A stretch of 64,000 nucleotides of DNA from Mobula hypostoma (lineage: Eukaryota), in the NCBI RefSeq assembly GCF_963921235.1, contig NC_086097.1, forward strand, positions 122,452,001 to 122,516,000, written 5' to 3'. The notes under the pieces are model-generated. The model saw nothing but the letters and a program-made list of their open reading frames with translations, was not told where the DNA came from and did no database searches. This document shows, piece after piece, positions 13,516 through 25,595 of this stretch. A program made the translations under genes and the position numbers. The stretch's first letter is position 1. Every line of letters begins with the position of its first letter.

Positions 13516-13979
13516 TTAGGTATGGTTGGACCGTTTGTCCTACTGGGTTGTTGTGCCAACAGAATTGATCCAAGTTGGTTGTAACATTTATTAATTCTTG
13601 ATACATTGACCACTGCTTGTTTATATTTTATCTTTCAACACCTTTTCCCCTATTTACCACAGTCAACGTATGCTCCATACCTTGAGAACCCTGGCTTCAG
13701 AATCCAATGTTCAATTTTTAAGTAAACTTTAAGTATATTACAATCCCTTTTCCCTGAAGACTGTAATCCAAAAAAATTAATTAACCTTTCTGAATTGCAC
13801 AGTCCAAGAACCAAACATTTCCATATGATATTGAAGGCCATTCTGCTCTTCAAATATATGGAGCTGTCACAGCAAAGTGCCCCCCCCACCTCAATTCCCA
13901 CACTTATTTCTCTGTAATCTGCTCACATCAGCCTGTACAGCAGCATCACCCGTCCCCAGTCCTGAGATTCTCCAACACA

Positions 13980-14435
13980 CAACAGACTCTACAGATGCTG
14001 AAAATCCAGAGTAACACATACAAAGTGCTGGAGGAACTCAACAGATCAAGCAGCATCTATGGAGGGAATAAGCAGTCAATGTTTTGGACCAAGACCCCTC
14101 ATCAGGACTGGAAAGGGAGGGGGGAAGGAACCTGAATAAAGTGGAGACAGGATAAGAAGTACAAGTTGGCAGGTGAAAACAGGTGAGGGGAAGGTAGGTG
14201 GGTGAGGGGCGGGGGATGAAATGAGAAGGTGGGAGGTGATAGCTGGAAAAGGTAAAGGGCTGAAAAAGAAGGAATCTGACAGGAGACAATTGACCATGGG
14301 AGAAAGGCAAGGAGGAGGGACACCAGTGGGAGATGAGAGGCAGGTGAAGAGAATGGAACGGGTAAGGAGAGCCACAATGAGTAATGTAAGAACACAGAAG
14401 GTGAAGGGGGGAAAAATTACTCCAAGTTAGAGACC
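13980..14435 (-). mobile_element. Penelope-derived terminal repeat with hammerhead-like motif at 14073-14110
   Basis: Minus strand CAGTC CTGATGA GGGGTCTTGGTCC AAAA CATT GACTG. Confidence 0.75.
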
Positions 14436-14984
14436 TACACAGTAGGAAATTTATAATGACCAAATAACCTGTGACGTGGGAGGAAACCAGAGTGTTTGGG
14501 GAGAAAAGGCAGCATCTATCATCAAGGACTTACATCACCCGGGTTGTTACAGCTGTGGTCAGGCAGGGAGCGAGAAAGGTCTCAAGTCAGGAACACCTAT
14601 TCATTTTACATTCATTGGGACTTGAAACAACCTGCACAACCCTGACTTTACCTTCACAATGGAATGCCTCTTGCACCACCATGGACACAGCTTTGACCAT
14701 ATCTTTGTTTTTGTTGAACTAATGTCTTGCTTTCGCAGTCCTCCAAAAACCCCAGCCCACTGAAGGGTGTAATTTTACTTTCAAGATTCAAGACTGTTTA
14801 TTGTCATTCTTCAGTACACCAGTGTGAGGAAGAACAAAATGTTTGTTACTCTTGATCCAACGCAGCTTAAAAAATATAATAAGCATAAGCCACACAATAA
14901 TTGTAAAAGCAATCCTATTAAACACAGTTTACAAATACTTTTTAGTATGGCCATATACATAAAATTAGCTTATATAAATAAACT

Positions 14985-14999
14985 GAATATATATATATT

Positions 15000-15048
<49 letters not shown>

Positions 15049-15095
15049 ACGCGCGCATATATATATATACACACACACACATATACAGACATACA
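14985..15095. repeat. Compound (AT)/(GT)n/(GC)/(AC) microsatellite
   Basis: Directly visible. Confidence 0.95.
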
Positions 15096-15119
15096 TGTGA
15101 TATCAGGTGCAGAAGTATC

Positions 15120-16095
15120 TATATATATTAATGACTTGGATGAGGGAATTAAATGCAGCATCTCCAAGTTTGCGGATGACACGAAGCTAGGTGGCAGGGT
15201 TAGCTGTGAGGAGAATGCAGAGTGACTTGGATAGGTTGGGTGAGTGGGCAAATTCATGGCAGATGCAATTTAATGTGGATAAATGTGAAGTTATCCACTT
15301 TGGTGGCAAAAATAGGAAAACAGATTATTATCTGAATGGTGGCCGATTAGGAGAAGGGGAGGTGCAACGAGACCTGGGTGTCATTATACACCAGTCATTG
15401 AAAGTGGGCATGCAGGTACAGCAGGCGGTGAAAAAAGGCGAATGGTATGCTGGCATTTATAGCGAGAGGATTCGAGTACAGGAGCAGGGAGGTACTACTG
15501 CAGTTGTACAAGGCCTTGGTGAGACCACACCTGGAGTATTGTGTGCAGTTTTGGTCACCTAATCTGAGGAAAGACATCCTTGCCATAGAGGGAGTACAAA
15601 GAAGGTTCACCAGATTGATTCCTGGGATGGCAGGACTTTCATATGAAGAAAGACTGGATGAACTGGCTTGTACTCGTTGGAATTTAGAAGATTGAGGGGG
15701 GATCTGATTGAAACGTATAAAATCCTGAAGGGATTGGACAGGCTAGATGCAGGAAGATTGTTCCCGATGTTGGGGAAGTCCAGAACGAGGGGTCACAGTT
15801 TGAGGATAAAGGAGAAGCCTTTTAGGACCGAGATTAGGAAAAACTTCTTCACACAGAGAGTGGTAAATCTGTGGAATTCTCTACCACAGGAAACAGTTGA
15901 GGCCAGTTGATTGGCTATATTTAAGAGGGAGTTAGATATAGCCCTTGTGGCTACGGGGATCAGGGGGTATGGAGGGAAGGCTGGGGCGGGGTTCTGAGTT
16001 GGATGATCAGCCATGATCATCATAAATGGCGGTGTAGGCTCGAAGGGCCGAATGGCCTACTCCTGCACCTATTTTCTATGTTTCTATGTTTCTAT
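15120..16095 (+). mobile_element. CR1 LINE, 5'-truncated
   Basis: YINDLDEG..SKFADDTKLGG through VVNLWNSLP; (TTTCTATG)n tail. Confidence 0.93.
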
Positions 16096-16899
16096 AAAGT
16101 GACTCTGACAGGAATTGTCTGTACCTAGTACCCCTGATGTTGCTTGCAACTTTTCATTGTGCTGTGCCTCACCTCAATGTACTGGTGCACACTGCAGTAA
16201 ATTTAACTTGACTTGAAAGCATGTAAGCTCCACATAGACAGCACAAGAGGCAAAACTCCATTTGGATCAGTGGCATTGCAAGGTAGAACTGCCTGATATA
16301 CCAGCTTGTTCACTGGTTCATCAAGAAACCCTGTAGCAGGGTGACTGCCAATACACTCCTTGATAAATTGGAAACCTTTGCATCCATTTCATACTCAAAA
16401 TTAAACATTTAGTACATAATAATTCCCACACCATTTTTAGTCCTTGCTCACCTTCTTTGTATTTTTCCTTTGGTTTGTCAATATCAATTCAGAAACAAAT
16501 GTAACCAAACTTAAAACTGATTTTAGTTACTTCTGAGATCATGTTTCTATGGATTGAAATTGGTCTCAGGAGGTGGTTAATGGGAAACAAAATCATGCAG
16601 AGTTTAAAGCAGGCTACTGATGCACTGCTATGTGTTCTACAACTAATATAATACTATTAATCTCTCTCCATCTCTTACAATCATATAGGCCTTAGTTAGG
16701 AAACATGCTCATCGTTATTTCACAGGAACCTGAAGGATTAAGTGCGGATCGATTGATGGATCACCATGTAGGCCTGCTAGAAATCCAGCTCAAAAGATCA
16801 TAGAGCCAGCTGACAGCATCAACAGTGGCTTCAAATGGCATTGCAAGAACCGGTAAGAAAATTAGACCCGCTCATGGGCAACACTCTGAATGTATACTG

Positions 16900-17510
16900 T
16901 CTGAAGCAAAAAGTGACCTGTTGGAAGAAATCAGCAGGTCAAGCAGCAACCATAGAGGAAAGTGTGCAGTCGACATTTTGTGTGGAGACTAATCATCTGG
17001 ACTGAAAGAGTAAAGGGGAGATAGTAACATAAAGAGGTAAAGAGAGGTGAGGCAAATGAAAACTTAATTATCCAATGTCATACGATCCATTCCCCTTTGA
17101 TCTCTTTCTCTCTCCCTTATTTCCAGTTTCTTTCCCCTCCCCCACCTACTCCATCTGCCCATCACCCATACACTCCTCCCATTGGGTCCTCTCTCCCCAC
17201 TGCTCCCATCTGCCCACTGTATCTCCCTTATTTAATTCCTGTTATAAAATGAAATTATCTATAGCCCTTTGTTGCCTCCATATCTCATCTTCCAAGCCTC
17301 AGTCTCTCTCTTTGCCCAATGCCTTTCATAAGACTCCATCTGCCCGTGGAACCCCGCCTCACAGCATCCACTTATTGCTTGCCAGCTCTTGCCCCATATG
17401 AGCCTCACCCTTTATACCAGTGATCTTCCCTCTGCCATCAGTCCAGATGGAAGGATGCTTTCTGATCTGCTGAGTTCCTTCAGCAACTCATTTTTCAGCA
17501 CCTGCAATCT
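16900..17510. mobile_element. Penelope-derived repeat with inverted terminal-repeat arrangement
   Basis: Left arm on minus (hammerhead-like 16967-17004), right arm on plus (CAGTCCAGATG..CTGCTGAGTTCC). Confidence 0.65.
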
Positions 17511-19439
17511 AGTGTTTCCATATTCTGCCCAAGGACCTTTTCTGTCTTATTCCTTCCAGACTGAGGAAATAAACTTCAAGCGGCATTCAAACACATACTG
17601 TACTGATCGAAAGATCACGCAATGAATTGCTGAAACAATGCTGAAAGGAAGCACATCTCAGAAACATTCAATATTATGAGAAGTCACAATCCCAGCAAAC
17701 GAAAAAATGCAAGAATTATTCAATATTTTTCTTAATCTTTTTAAAGTAGTTTCCTTTCAATTTAATGACAATAATAAAAAAAGCTTGACTTTCTTCTTAA
17801 TGGGTCCCATGTATTACTTTGAAGTTTAACTAGCAAATTCTGCTACCAATTAGCCATGAATGTCAGTTCTCCCTGGTGGGATTCCAGTTATTGCTTCAAC
17901 AGAAAATGGCTATGAATACCAACAGTGATAAGAACGTTAACTTCACAACTCAGAGGTCAGGAAGTGCAGCTTTCTGGCTCCTACTTTAAAACAGAGTCCA
18001 CCGAACAGACTCTGAAAAGATTATCAATTCTTATCCAGATCACTATACCAGACCACAAAATAAAAGAACATATCATTACTTCTACATCAATACCCAACAA
18101 ATCAGGAGTGACAATGGCAGCTTACTCCACACTTTAAAGTGCAAAAAATGTTGAGACGTTTTTTCTGCAGTAGAACAAATAAACAAGGGTGGTTCTGGTG
18201 CATCCTTTGCCATCAATACGGGCAGTCTGAGGGAATAGCAATCTCTCATCTCTTCCCTCCATTTTAAATAGAACACAAGAAGAAGGACTTGGGCTCATTA
18301 TCCCATCCGTTACTACATTTGTCTCTTTGGTTGACTGCAAGGCAGGCATCAACGGCATCTGCACTATCTAACGGTTAACAAACAACAGGGTCTTCTTTTG
18401 CACTTTGGTTGTTTGTCAGCTTTATGTATAGGTTTTCAGAATTTCAAGTGGGTTTCTTAATGCTTGCGAAAATGGCTCTCAAGATAGTCTATGGTAACAC
18501 ACATACTTTGATAACAAATTGACTTTTGCTTTGAAATCGGTGGTTAATTTGTTTGTTTGCCACCATGGACTACAAGTATAATCCAGTCCTGACAGGTAAA
18601 AGGACACTTTTAGGATTACAAATATATAATTGCTTTGGCCTATCGCTTTGGCCTCTGAGAGGCACAGTTCATTTTTGCGAACATCACTTCCTGTACGCAA
18701 GCTGTTTTTTGCACCACTTCCTGCACAGGTAGTCTCTATTCTGCACATGATGGAAAGGCATTCATCTTCATTCACACTTAATTGCCCTTGAAATGTAATA
18801 TCTTTTCACAAAAATAAAAGATATCCTATTAAAAACCCTGAAAGAAAGCTTCTGTCTTGGGTGATTTGTAAGAACTTGTTTAGCTCACTGCATAGCTCTG
18901 TCCACACATACACTGAGGACAGTAGACCTATTAAATGAAACACCTTTTACCCACAAAGCATTTCAGTTAAAAATTAGTGCTTGATATTCCTACATTACTT
19001 GTGCCATTGCTTTAAATCCAAGGCTGTGTTCTACAGGCAATGAATCCTTCAAGACATTGGATTTTGTAAAGAATAACTCCATTCCGTAAAGCAAAAATTG
19101 TTTTTAACAAGGATTCAATCTCATCAAGAGTTTAGCATGAATAAACACTATGACTACAATTCGTAATCTGTGATCAGCATCATGAGACATTTATTTTAAC
19201 TCTTTTTTCACTGGCAGTCTACTCTCCAAAAAGATGGAATCCTCTTGCTGGATTTTAACTCTCGCCTCCTAAAGTGCTAAGTTCTAACAGGGCTATCATT
19301 CTATGAATGTCACCAGCCATCAGAGGTTTCAACAAACCAATCATGTTGGAGACCCTTATGTGAATAATGATTGTGAACATACTGTTTAACAGTAAAAGGC
19401 ATCACCATCAGGCCTGACCCAACATTCACAAGAACAACG

Positions 19440-20190
19440 GTGATCAATAGTTTCTCATCGTATTAGGCAAACTGGTTGGTAGATACACATTTTGCCTCTC
19501 TCCCTCCTTTCTGAAATAATGGAATCATACAGTATATGCTATGCTCCAATCTGCAGGAACTATTCCAGAATCTATATACAGTAATTCTGAAAAATGATAA
19601 CCAATACATTCAACATTCCAACAGCCATCTCTTTCAAATTCTATGTCATAAATCAACAGATCCTTAGGATTTATGGCCTCTCAATTTCACCAGCCTCTCT
19701 AGTATTTTTAAATTAATATTGATTGCTTTTCACTCTTAATTCTTGCAAGTCCTTTGTACTCCACTACTTTTGTGTCTTCTATGAAGACAGAGACAGCATA
19801 TTGTTTAATTGCCCTACACAATATTCTAAATTTAAGATATTTTTATCTACTTAATGCAGAAATATTCTGATATTGAAGACTGTTCAGCAAAGGTTCACTG
19901 GAATGAGTTCTAGGAGGAAGGGTTGGTGAAAAAGGTAGAGCAAGTTGAGCTCACTGGAATTTTTGACAAGCAAGATGTAGTCTAATTGAAACATAAAGTA
20001 CTGAGCGAACTTGGGGTAGATACAGAGAGAATGTTTCACTTTGCAAGGAAATTCTGAGCTCAGAAGTATTAATTCAGAATAAGGGATTGTCCAACTAAAA
20101 TAAAGCAAAGAAAAGAATTTTCTTCTCTCAGAGGAGTATGGATTTTAGGAAATCTTTATTTCAGATGGCTGTGCAGCCTGCCATTGAACA
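19440..20190. mobile_element. Old, heavily decayed CR1 fragments (minus then plus)
   Basis: Residual RT and 3'-end similarity, e.g. CAGCAAAGGTTCACTGGAATG and TTCTTCTCTCAGAGG. Confidence 0.55.
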
Positions 20191-20194
20191 TATT

Positions 20195-21446
20195 GTTATG
20201 ATAGTCATGGGGACTTCAATTTGCAGATAGATTAGGAAAATCAAGTTGGTGCTGGATTTCAAGAGAGGAAATCTGCCTACAAGAAGCCTTTCTAGAGCAG
20301 CCTGTGGTTGTGCTCACTCGTGGAAAGGCAATTCTGGATTGGGTGCTGTGTAATGAACTAGATTTGATTATACAGCTTAAGGTAAAGGAACCCTTGGGAG
20401 GCAGTGATCATAATATGATAGAATTCACCCTGTGGTCAGAAAGGGAGAAGGTAAACTCGAATGTATCAGTATTCTAATGGAGTAAAGGGAATTATAGAGG
20501 CATGTGAAAGGAGCTGGGCAAATTTGATTGGAAGGGGACACTAGCATGGATGACAGCAGAACAGCAATGGCTGGAGTTTCTGGGGCAATCGGAAGGCACA
20601 GGATAGATACATCCTAAAGGTGAAGAGGTATTCTAAAGCATGGATGGGGAAACTGTGACTGACAAGGGAAGTCAAAACAACATAAAAGGAAAAGAGAGTG
20701 CATATAGCAAAATTAGTGGAAAGCTAGGAGACTGGAAAGCTTTTAAAGACCAACAGAAGACAACTAAAAAGCAAAAAGGAGAGAAAAGATGATATATGAA
20801 GGAAAGCTAGCCAATAATATCAAAGAGGATACCAAAAGTTCTTTTTTCAGATATGTACAATAAGGAGTAAAAGAGAGATAAGAGTAAATATCAGACTATT
20901 GGAAAATAATGCTGAGGAGGTAGCAGTGGAAGCAAGGAAATGGCAGACAAACTTAATGAGCATTTTGCATCAGCCTTCACTGTGGAAGACACAAGCACTA
21001 TGCCATGAATTCGAGAGTGTCAGGGTGTTCGATGGCTCTGGGCCTGTACTCGCTGGTGTTTAAAAGAATGCAGGGGGGGTGGTCTCATTGAAATCCATAG
21101 AGTGGATGTGGAGAGGATGTTCCCTACAGTGGGTGATTCGAGGAACAGAGGGTACAACCTCAGAACAGAGGGACATCCATTTAGAACAGAGATTATGAGG
21201 AATTTCTTTAGCCAGAGGGTAGTGAATCTGTGGAATTCATTGACACAAACAGCTGTAGAGGCCAAATCATTGAGTATATTTAAAGCCAAGATTGATAGGT
21301 TCTTGATTAGTCAGGGTATCAAAGTTTACAGGGAGAAGGCAGGAAAAAGGGTTTGAGAGGGATATTAAATCAGCCTTGATAAAGTGGCAGAGTATACTCG
21401 ATGGGCTGAATGGCCTAATTCTGCTCCTATGTCTTATGGTCTTATA
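20195..21446 (+). mobile_element. Internally deleted CR1 LINE (APE/linker joined to 3' end near 21022)
   Basis: GDFN, EPLGGSDHNMIEF and FASAFTVED motifs, then a jump to NFFSQRVVNLWNSL and a TCTTATG tail. Confidence 0.85.
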
Positions 21447-22249
21447 TTCTTGAATAGATTTATTTTACTGTAAGGAATCAAGATCTGACAGGAAATGAAT
21501 GCAGCCCCCAGCCATGTCCTGACTCAGTATGCGCACATTACAGCTAGTCCAAATGATTGCACATTCAGTTTGAACAGACTGAGTGTCAGTCTTAAATGGC
21601 AGTACATTCTCAACAGACCGAATGGCCTGATTCTGCTCTAATGTCTTATGTTCTGTGTTCTCAATGGTAGAGTGAAAGTCCACGAATGACATACCCCTAC
21701 TCTCACTTTCTCTCATTCCTGTGGCAGAAACTCACTAAGCCACCCTTTAATTATAGCCTTAACTGAGTGCCATCAGATTTATGTATATTCTGAATAGAAA
21801 AAGAAATACAAGTAATAGCGAAAGAAGGGATTTTATCCAGAAACCAAATACCCATTTCGGCAATGGAACTTATTAAGAAGATTAATTCTTTGCCTTGTTT
21901 TTAATCACTGATAAACTGCCTCACATTCCGTGGCAGATACAAGCTCTGAACTGGCCAGACAATAGTTACAGCAGTCCTGTCAATATTGTTTCAGTCACAT
22001 AATTTGTGATTTGTTTGGAAAGTATGCTTTTATGGCAACCCACTTAAAAGATCTGAAAAGTCTGTTGCCATTTTAGATCCTATCACTCCAAGAAGCAGAC
22101 AGCTAATCACCCTTACACCACCTTTCACAGGGTGAAAGTCTGCAACTCTTCATACATTATCTTGATCGTAAATGTAGAAATCAAAGGAGGGTTTATAAGA
22201 CCGACTGTGCACATTACATTAGATCGAGTTAAAAGCAATTTCAATAACG

Positions 22250-22425
22250 AGATTCTACAGATGCTGGAAATCCAGACTAACACACACAAACTACTGGAAG
22301 AACTCAACAAGTTCATCAGGACTCTGAACTGTTTATTTTCCCCCACCTGATGAAGGGTCTCAGCCCCAAACCCTTTCCATCGATTCTGCCTGACCTGCTG
22401 AGTTCCTCCAGCATTTTGCACGTTA
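22250..22425. mobile_element. Short fold-back Penelope-derived repeat
   Basis: CTGGAAGAACTCAACAAG and CCTGCTGAGTTCCTCCAG inverted arms around CTGATGAAGGGTCTCAGCCC. Confidence 0.7.
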
Positions 22426-23083
22426 CTCTGCACATACAAAGTCCACAAACAGATTATCACCCTTAGAATAGTTTTAAACAATTTGAACTTGTATGAATAC
22501 CTAAATGGGATTTAAGTAACCGGTCAAGATAAACTGTACCAGTATCTAATCAGGGCAGTGAAATGGGAAAAAACATGTTACACTGGACTGATCAAAACCT
22601 AGTTTCCACGGCAAGGTTGTTCCTCAGCGGTGGTTAGGAAGAGCCATCTTCGTTCCCGTTTCACGCGCCTTTACCCAGATCTGCATCTCCTGTCCGTTCC
22701 CAGACAACGCTTCAAACCACTGCCCAAGGCAACGCAGGTTCGGCAGCTCGTACCCACACCCTCGCAACAATTGCTAGCCCATTGAAATCTCGCACACGCT
22801 ACAAGGCATTAGCCTGCACAGCGCAAACAGAGCCAAACGCAATAAACCGGATAAGTGAGCATGTGCCGGATTCTCTGGGCAACATTGGACATTTCACAAA
22901 AGCAGAACGGAAATCAGCTGGAACTCCAAACCCACGCCGTCAGAAAAATAAGATCAAGCGAACGAAATTTCCTGAGGAAACACACCACTCATCAACCTTC
23001 ACCAAGGTCCATTTCTAGCTGCACAAAATGTACAAACATTCTTGCCTCACAAACATATCACAAACTGAACAATTATGCATTGT

Positions 23084-23173
23084 AGCAACACACATCAAAG
23101 TTGCTGGTGAACGCAGCAGGCCAGGCAGCATCTGTAGGAAGAGGTGCAGTCGACGTTTCAGGCCGAGACCCTT
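23084..23173 (-). mobile_element. Penelope-derived repeat fragment with 3' half of hammerhead
   Basis: Minus strand AAGGGTCTCGGCCTGAAACGTCGACTG..GATGCTGCCTGGCCTGCTGCG. Confidence 0.75.
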
Positions 23174-23349
23174 ATGCATTATGCATTGTGTTACTGGAGG
23201 AGAAGCTCACATAGCCTTTGAATCTATTTTAAGGACTTGACATGGACGAAACAAGAAAACATGTTAAATGTTTTTAAAAGTTCTTTAAACGGCAACATCT
23301 GAACAATTGTTGCAACTTTGGATGTTGTCCTTGCCTTGAGTTCCTGAAG

Positions 23350-23690
23350 CTAGAGTCAGTCATGGAAACCGGCACTTCGGCCCATCTATTCCGTCCTGAA
23401 CTATTACCCTGCCTAATCCATCGACCTGCACCCGGACCATGGCCCTCCATATCTCTCCCATTCAGGTACCTATCCAAATTTCTCTCAAATGTTGAAATGG
23501 AACCCGCATCTACCACTTCCGCTGACAGTTCGTTCCACACTGGCACCACCCTCTGAGTGAAGAAGTTCTCCCTCATGTTCCCCTTAAACGTTTCACCTTT
23601 CACCCTCAACCTATGACCTCTAGTTCTCGTCTCACCCAGCCTCAACGGAGGACAAAAACCTGATTGCTTTTTATCTACACCCCTCACAAT
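23350..23690 (-). mobile_element. CR1 3' fragment
   Basis: TRGHRLRV..NFFTQRVVPVWNEL. Confidence 0.88.
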
Positions 23691-24635
23691 TCTGTATAGC
23701 TACTATAACACTTTGTTACTTGACCCAAATAGGGCAATACAGTATCCCAATACAACAAACAAGCGCCAATAATGCACTCATATCTCAATTCCATTGATCT
23801 TCTCCTGTGACTCTTGATACAAAACTTATGTCTTTTATTTTGCCAACAAAAATCAGCGGTACAATGCGACACATTTGGAAGAGTAGAAGATATCTAGGTG
23901 TGCTGCATATGTAAACAACATTTAACGCAATTAAGTGCTGATACATAGAAACAATGACATTGACACAAAATCCTACACTGACACTTGCAAAATGATTCCT
24001 GCGCGTTTGGTGAAAAACAACTTTGTCATCAGTTCCAATGTATTTTTACGTGCAAGATGATTTCTTTGTAATGTGCATGATAGCACTACAGCGGGCGAGT
24101 AGTTACGTGAAAAATTGGATCAAAATTATCGATCAGTTTTTTAATGTAATTAAATTCCAGCAGGATGTATTGACGTTTAAACCATGGTTGTTCTAAAACA
24201 GGAAAAGAGCCATCTCACTGATTACAGACAGGCAAATACTGGGAGCATAATCAGGTGGCATCTTCACGATAAAAGAACATGTTTAACTTCGCTTTTTTTT
24301 TCCCCTCCTCAACACAGCACGAGCCTATGAACATGAGTCCTGGTTAGGACTATCTATAAATGACAATTTCCTCGTTCAGAAACTCCGCACTATCAGTGTG
24401 GGAAACGCACCGAATCTGACAGATGAGAAATCACGCTGATAAAGGAAAGTTAGGCTTCCCCAGCGCCTTTTTAACATACACACCGAAGCCAACCTTATTG
24501 CTTTTGTTAATAATTCACAGTTTTATCTACAGTGTTTAAAGCCCATCCATACCCATCAATACTGTCGCGCTAGTATCAATTGAGATTTTGTTAAAACCAG
24601 CTGTTAACAAGCGCTGTCGCTGGATTTCCACTCAC

Positions 24636-24701
24636 CCCCAGTTTTCTGCTGCGAATTTTCACATAGCCCTGTTTCACTATGTCATTAAAATTTGAAGCCA
24701 T
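24636..24701 (-). CDS. DOK6: Docking protein 6, first coding exon (22 codons, start of PH domain)
   Basis: Minus strand reads gccATGG (strong Kozak) then MASNFNDIVKQGYVKIRSRKLG, followed by a phase-0 GTGAGT donor at 24635. This matches the DOK6 N-terminus as I recall it (VKIRSRKLG; DOK5 has VRIRSRRLG). Too short for the ORF track. Confidence 0.93.
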
Positions 24702-24804
24702 GGCTGGTGTCGCTTTCCCACTGCTGAGCAAGTCCCTGTTCAGCCGGGAGCCCTTTCCCCCGGCAGCTCCACGTTTGAGCCCTCGAGTGTGCGCTAACCC
24801 GGTG

Positions 24805-24880
24805 TCTTCGTCTTCGTCTCCTTCTCCTTCTCCTTCTCCTTCTCCTTCTCCTCCTCCTCCTCCTCCTCCTCCTCCTCTTC
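24805..24880. repeat. Compound (TCTTCG)/(TCTCCT)n/(CCT)n microsatellite, probably in the DOK6 5'UTR
   Basis: Directly visible about 105-180 nt upstream of the ATG. Confidence 0.9.
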
Positions 24881-25251
24881 GCGTGTGTATTCAGCCGGCT
24901 CGGAGGCTATTCCATCTCAACGGGGAGGCAGAGCGTGTCACCTGATTTTTTTTCCCGAACACTCTGCTTCCTGGATTACACCATCCCCAGTTGTCAAAGG
25001 GGGTTTGCTTCAGAAATCTGTCTTTTACCAAACGGAGCGTAAACCGCGGACTGTGCGCAGTTTATCAAGTGAAAAGGAGAGGAGTGGGCATTGATTTTAG
25101 ATTTTGCATCACTTCCCGTTGGTAACTTTTTAATTTACTTTACATTGATTGTATTGTTTTTATTATAAATTGGCGATATCTATTGTATTCTCCAACGAAG
25201 TATTTATATACACTGAGGAACTGTATACGTCAGTGAAGGATTTATGTACAC

Positions 25252-25595
25252 TTATCCTGAGGAAAGGTCTCAGCACGAAAAACCGACTGTTTATTTATTT
25301 CCGTAGATGCTGCCTGACCTGCTGAGCTCCTCCAGCATTTTGTGTGTGTTGCTTTAGACACACTACAGATATTATACAAAGAAACACACACGAGATGTTC
25401 GAGGAACTTAGCAGGTCAGAATCAGTATCAGGTTTATCATCACCGGCATATGTCGTGAAATTTGTTAACTTGGACTGTACCGATGAAGGGTCTCGGCTCG
25501 AAACGTCGACTGTTTATTCGTTTCCAACCTGCTGAGTTCCTCCGGCATTTCGTGTGTGTTTCTCTGGGTTTCCAGCATCTACACAATCTCTTGTG
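25252..25595. mobile_element. Cluster of Penelope-derived repeats (two plus, one minus) just upstream of DOK6
   Basis: Hammerhead-like motifs at 25252-25289 and 25475-25512; inverted arm at about 25380-25420. Confidence 0.75.

Larger units (their letters stand above)
1..24635 (-). other. DOK6: DOK6 intron 1 (extends beyond the left edge of the window)
   Basis: Donor at 24635. By-eye search found no exon encoding the expected next peptide (I[FY]RRCWLVFKKASSKGP). Confidence 0.75.
24560..25100 (-). promoter_or_regulatory. CpG-enriched promoter/5'UTR region of DOK6
   Basis: Free of transposons, GC-rich, with visibly more CpG than the rest of the window; surrounds the start codon. Confidence 0.7.

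Noticed and set aside
16726..16852. Plus-strand exon-like segment (TTTCACAG...GTAAG)
   Set aside because: Stops in all three frames and no other support; a non-coding antisense exon cannot be excluded.
24679..24945. Plus-strand 88-aa Ser/Pro-rich ORF
   Set aside because: It is the antisense reading of DOK6 exon 1 and the CCT microsatellite.
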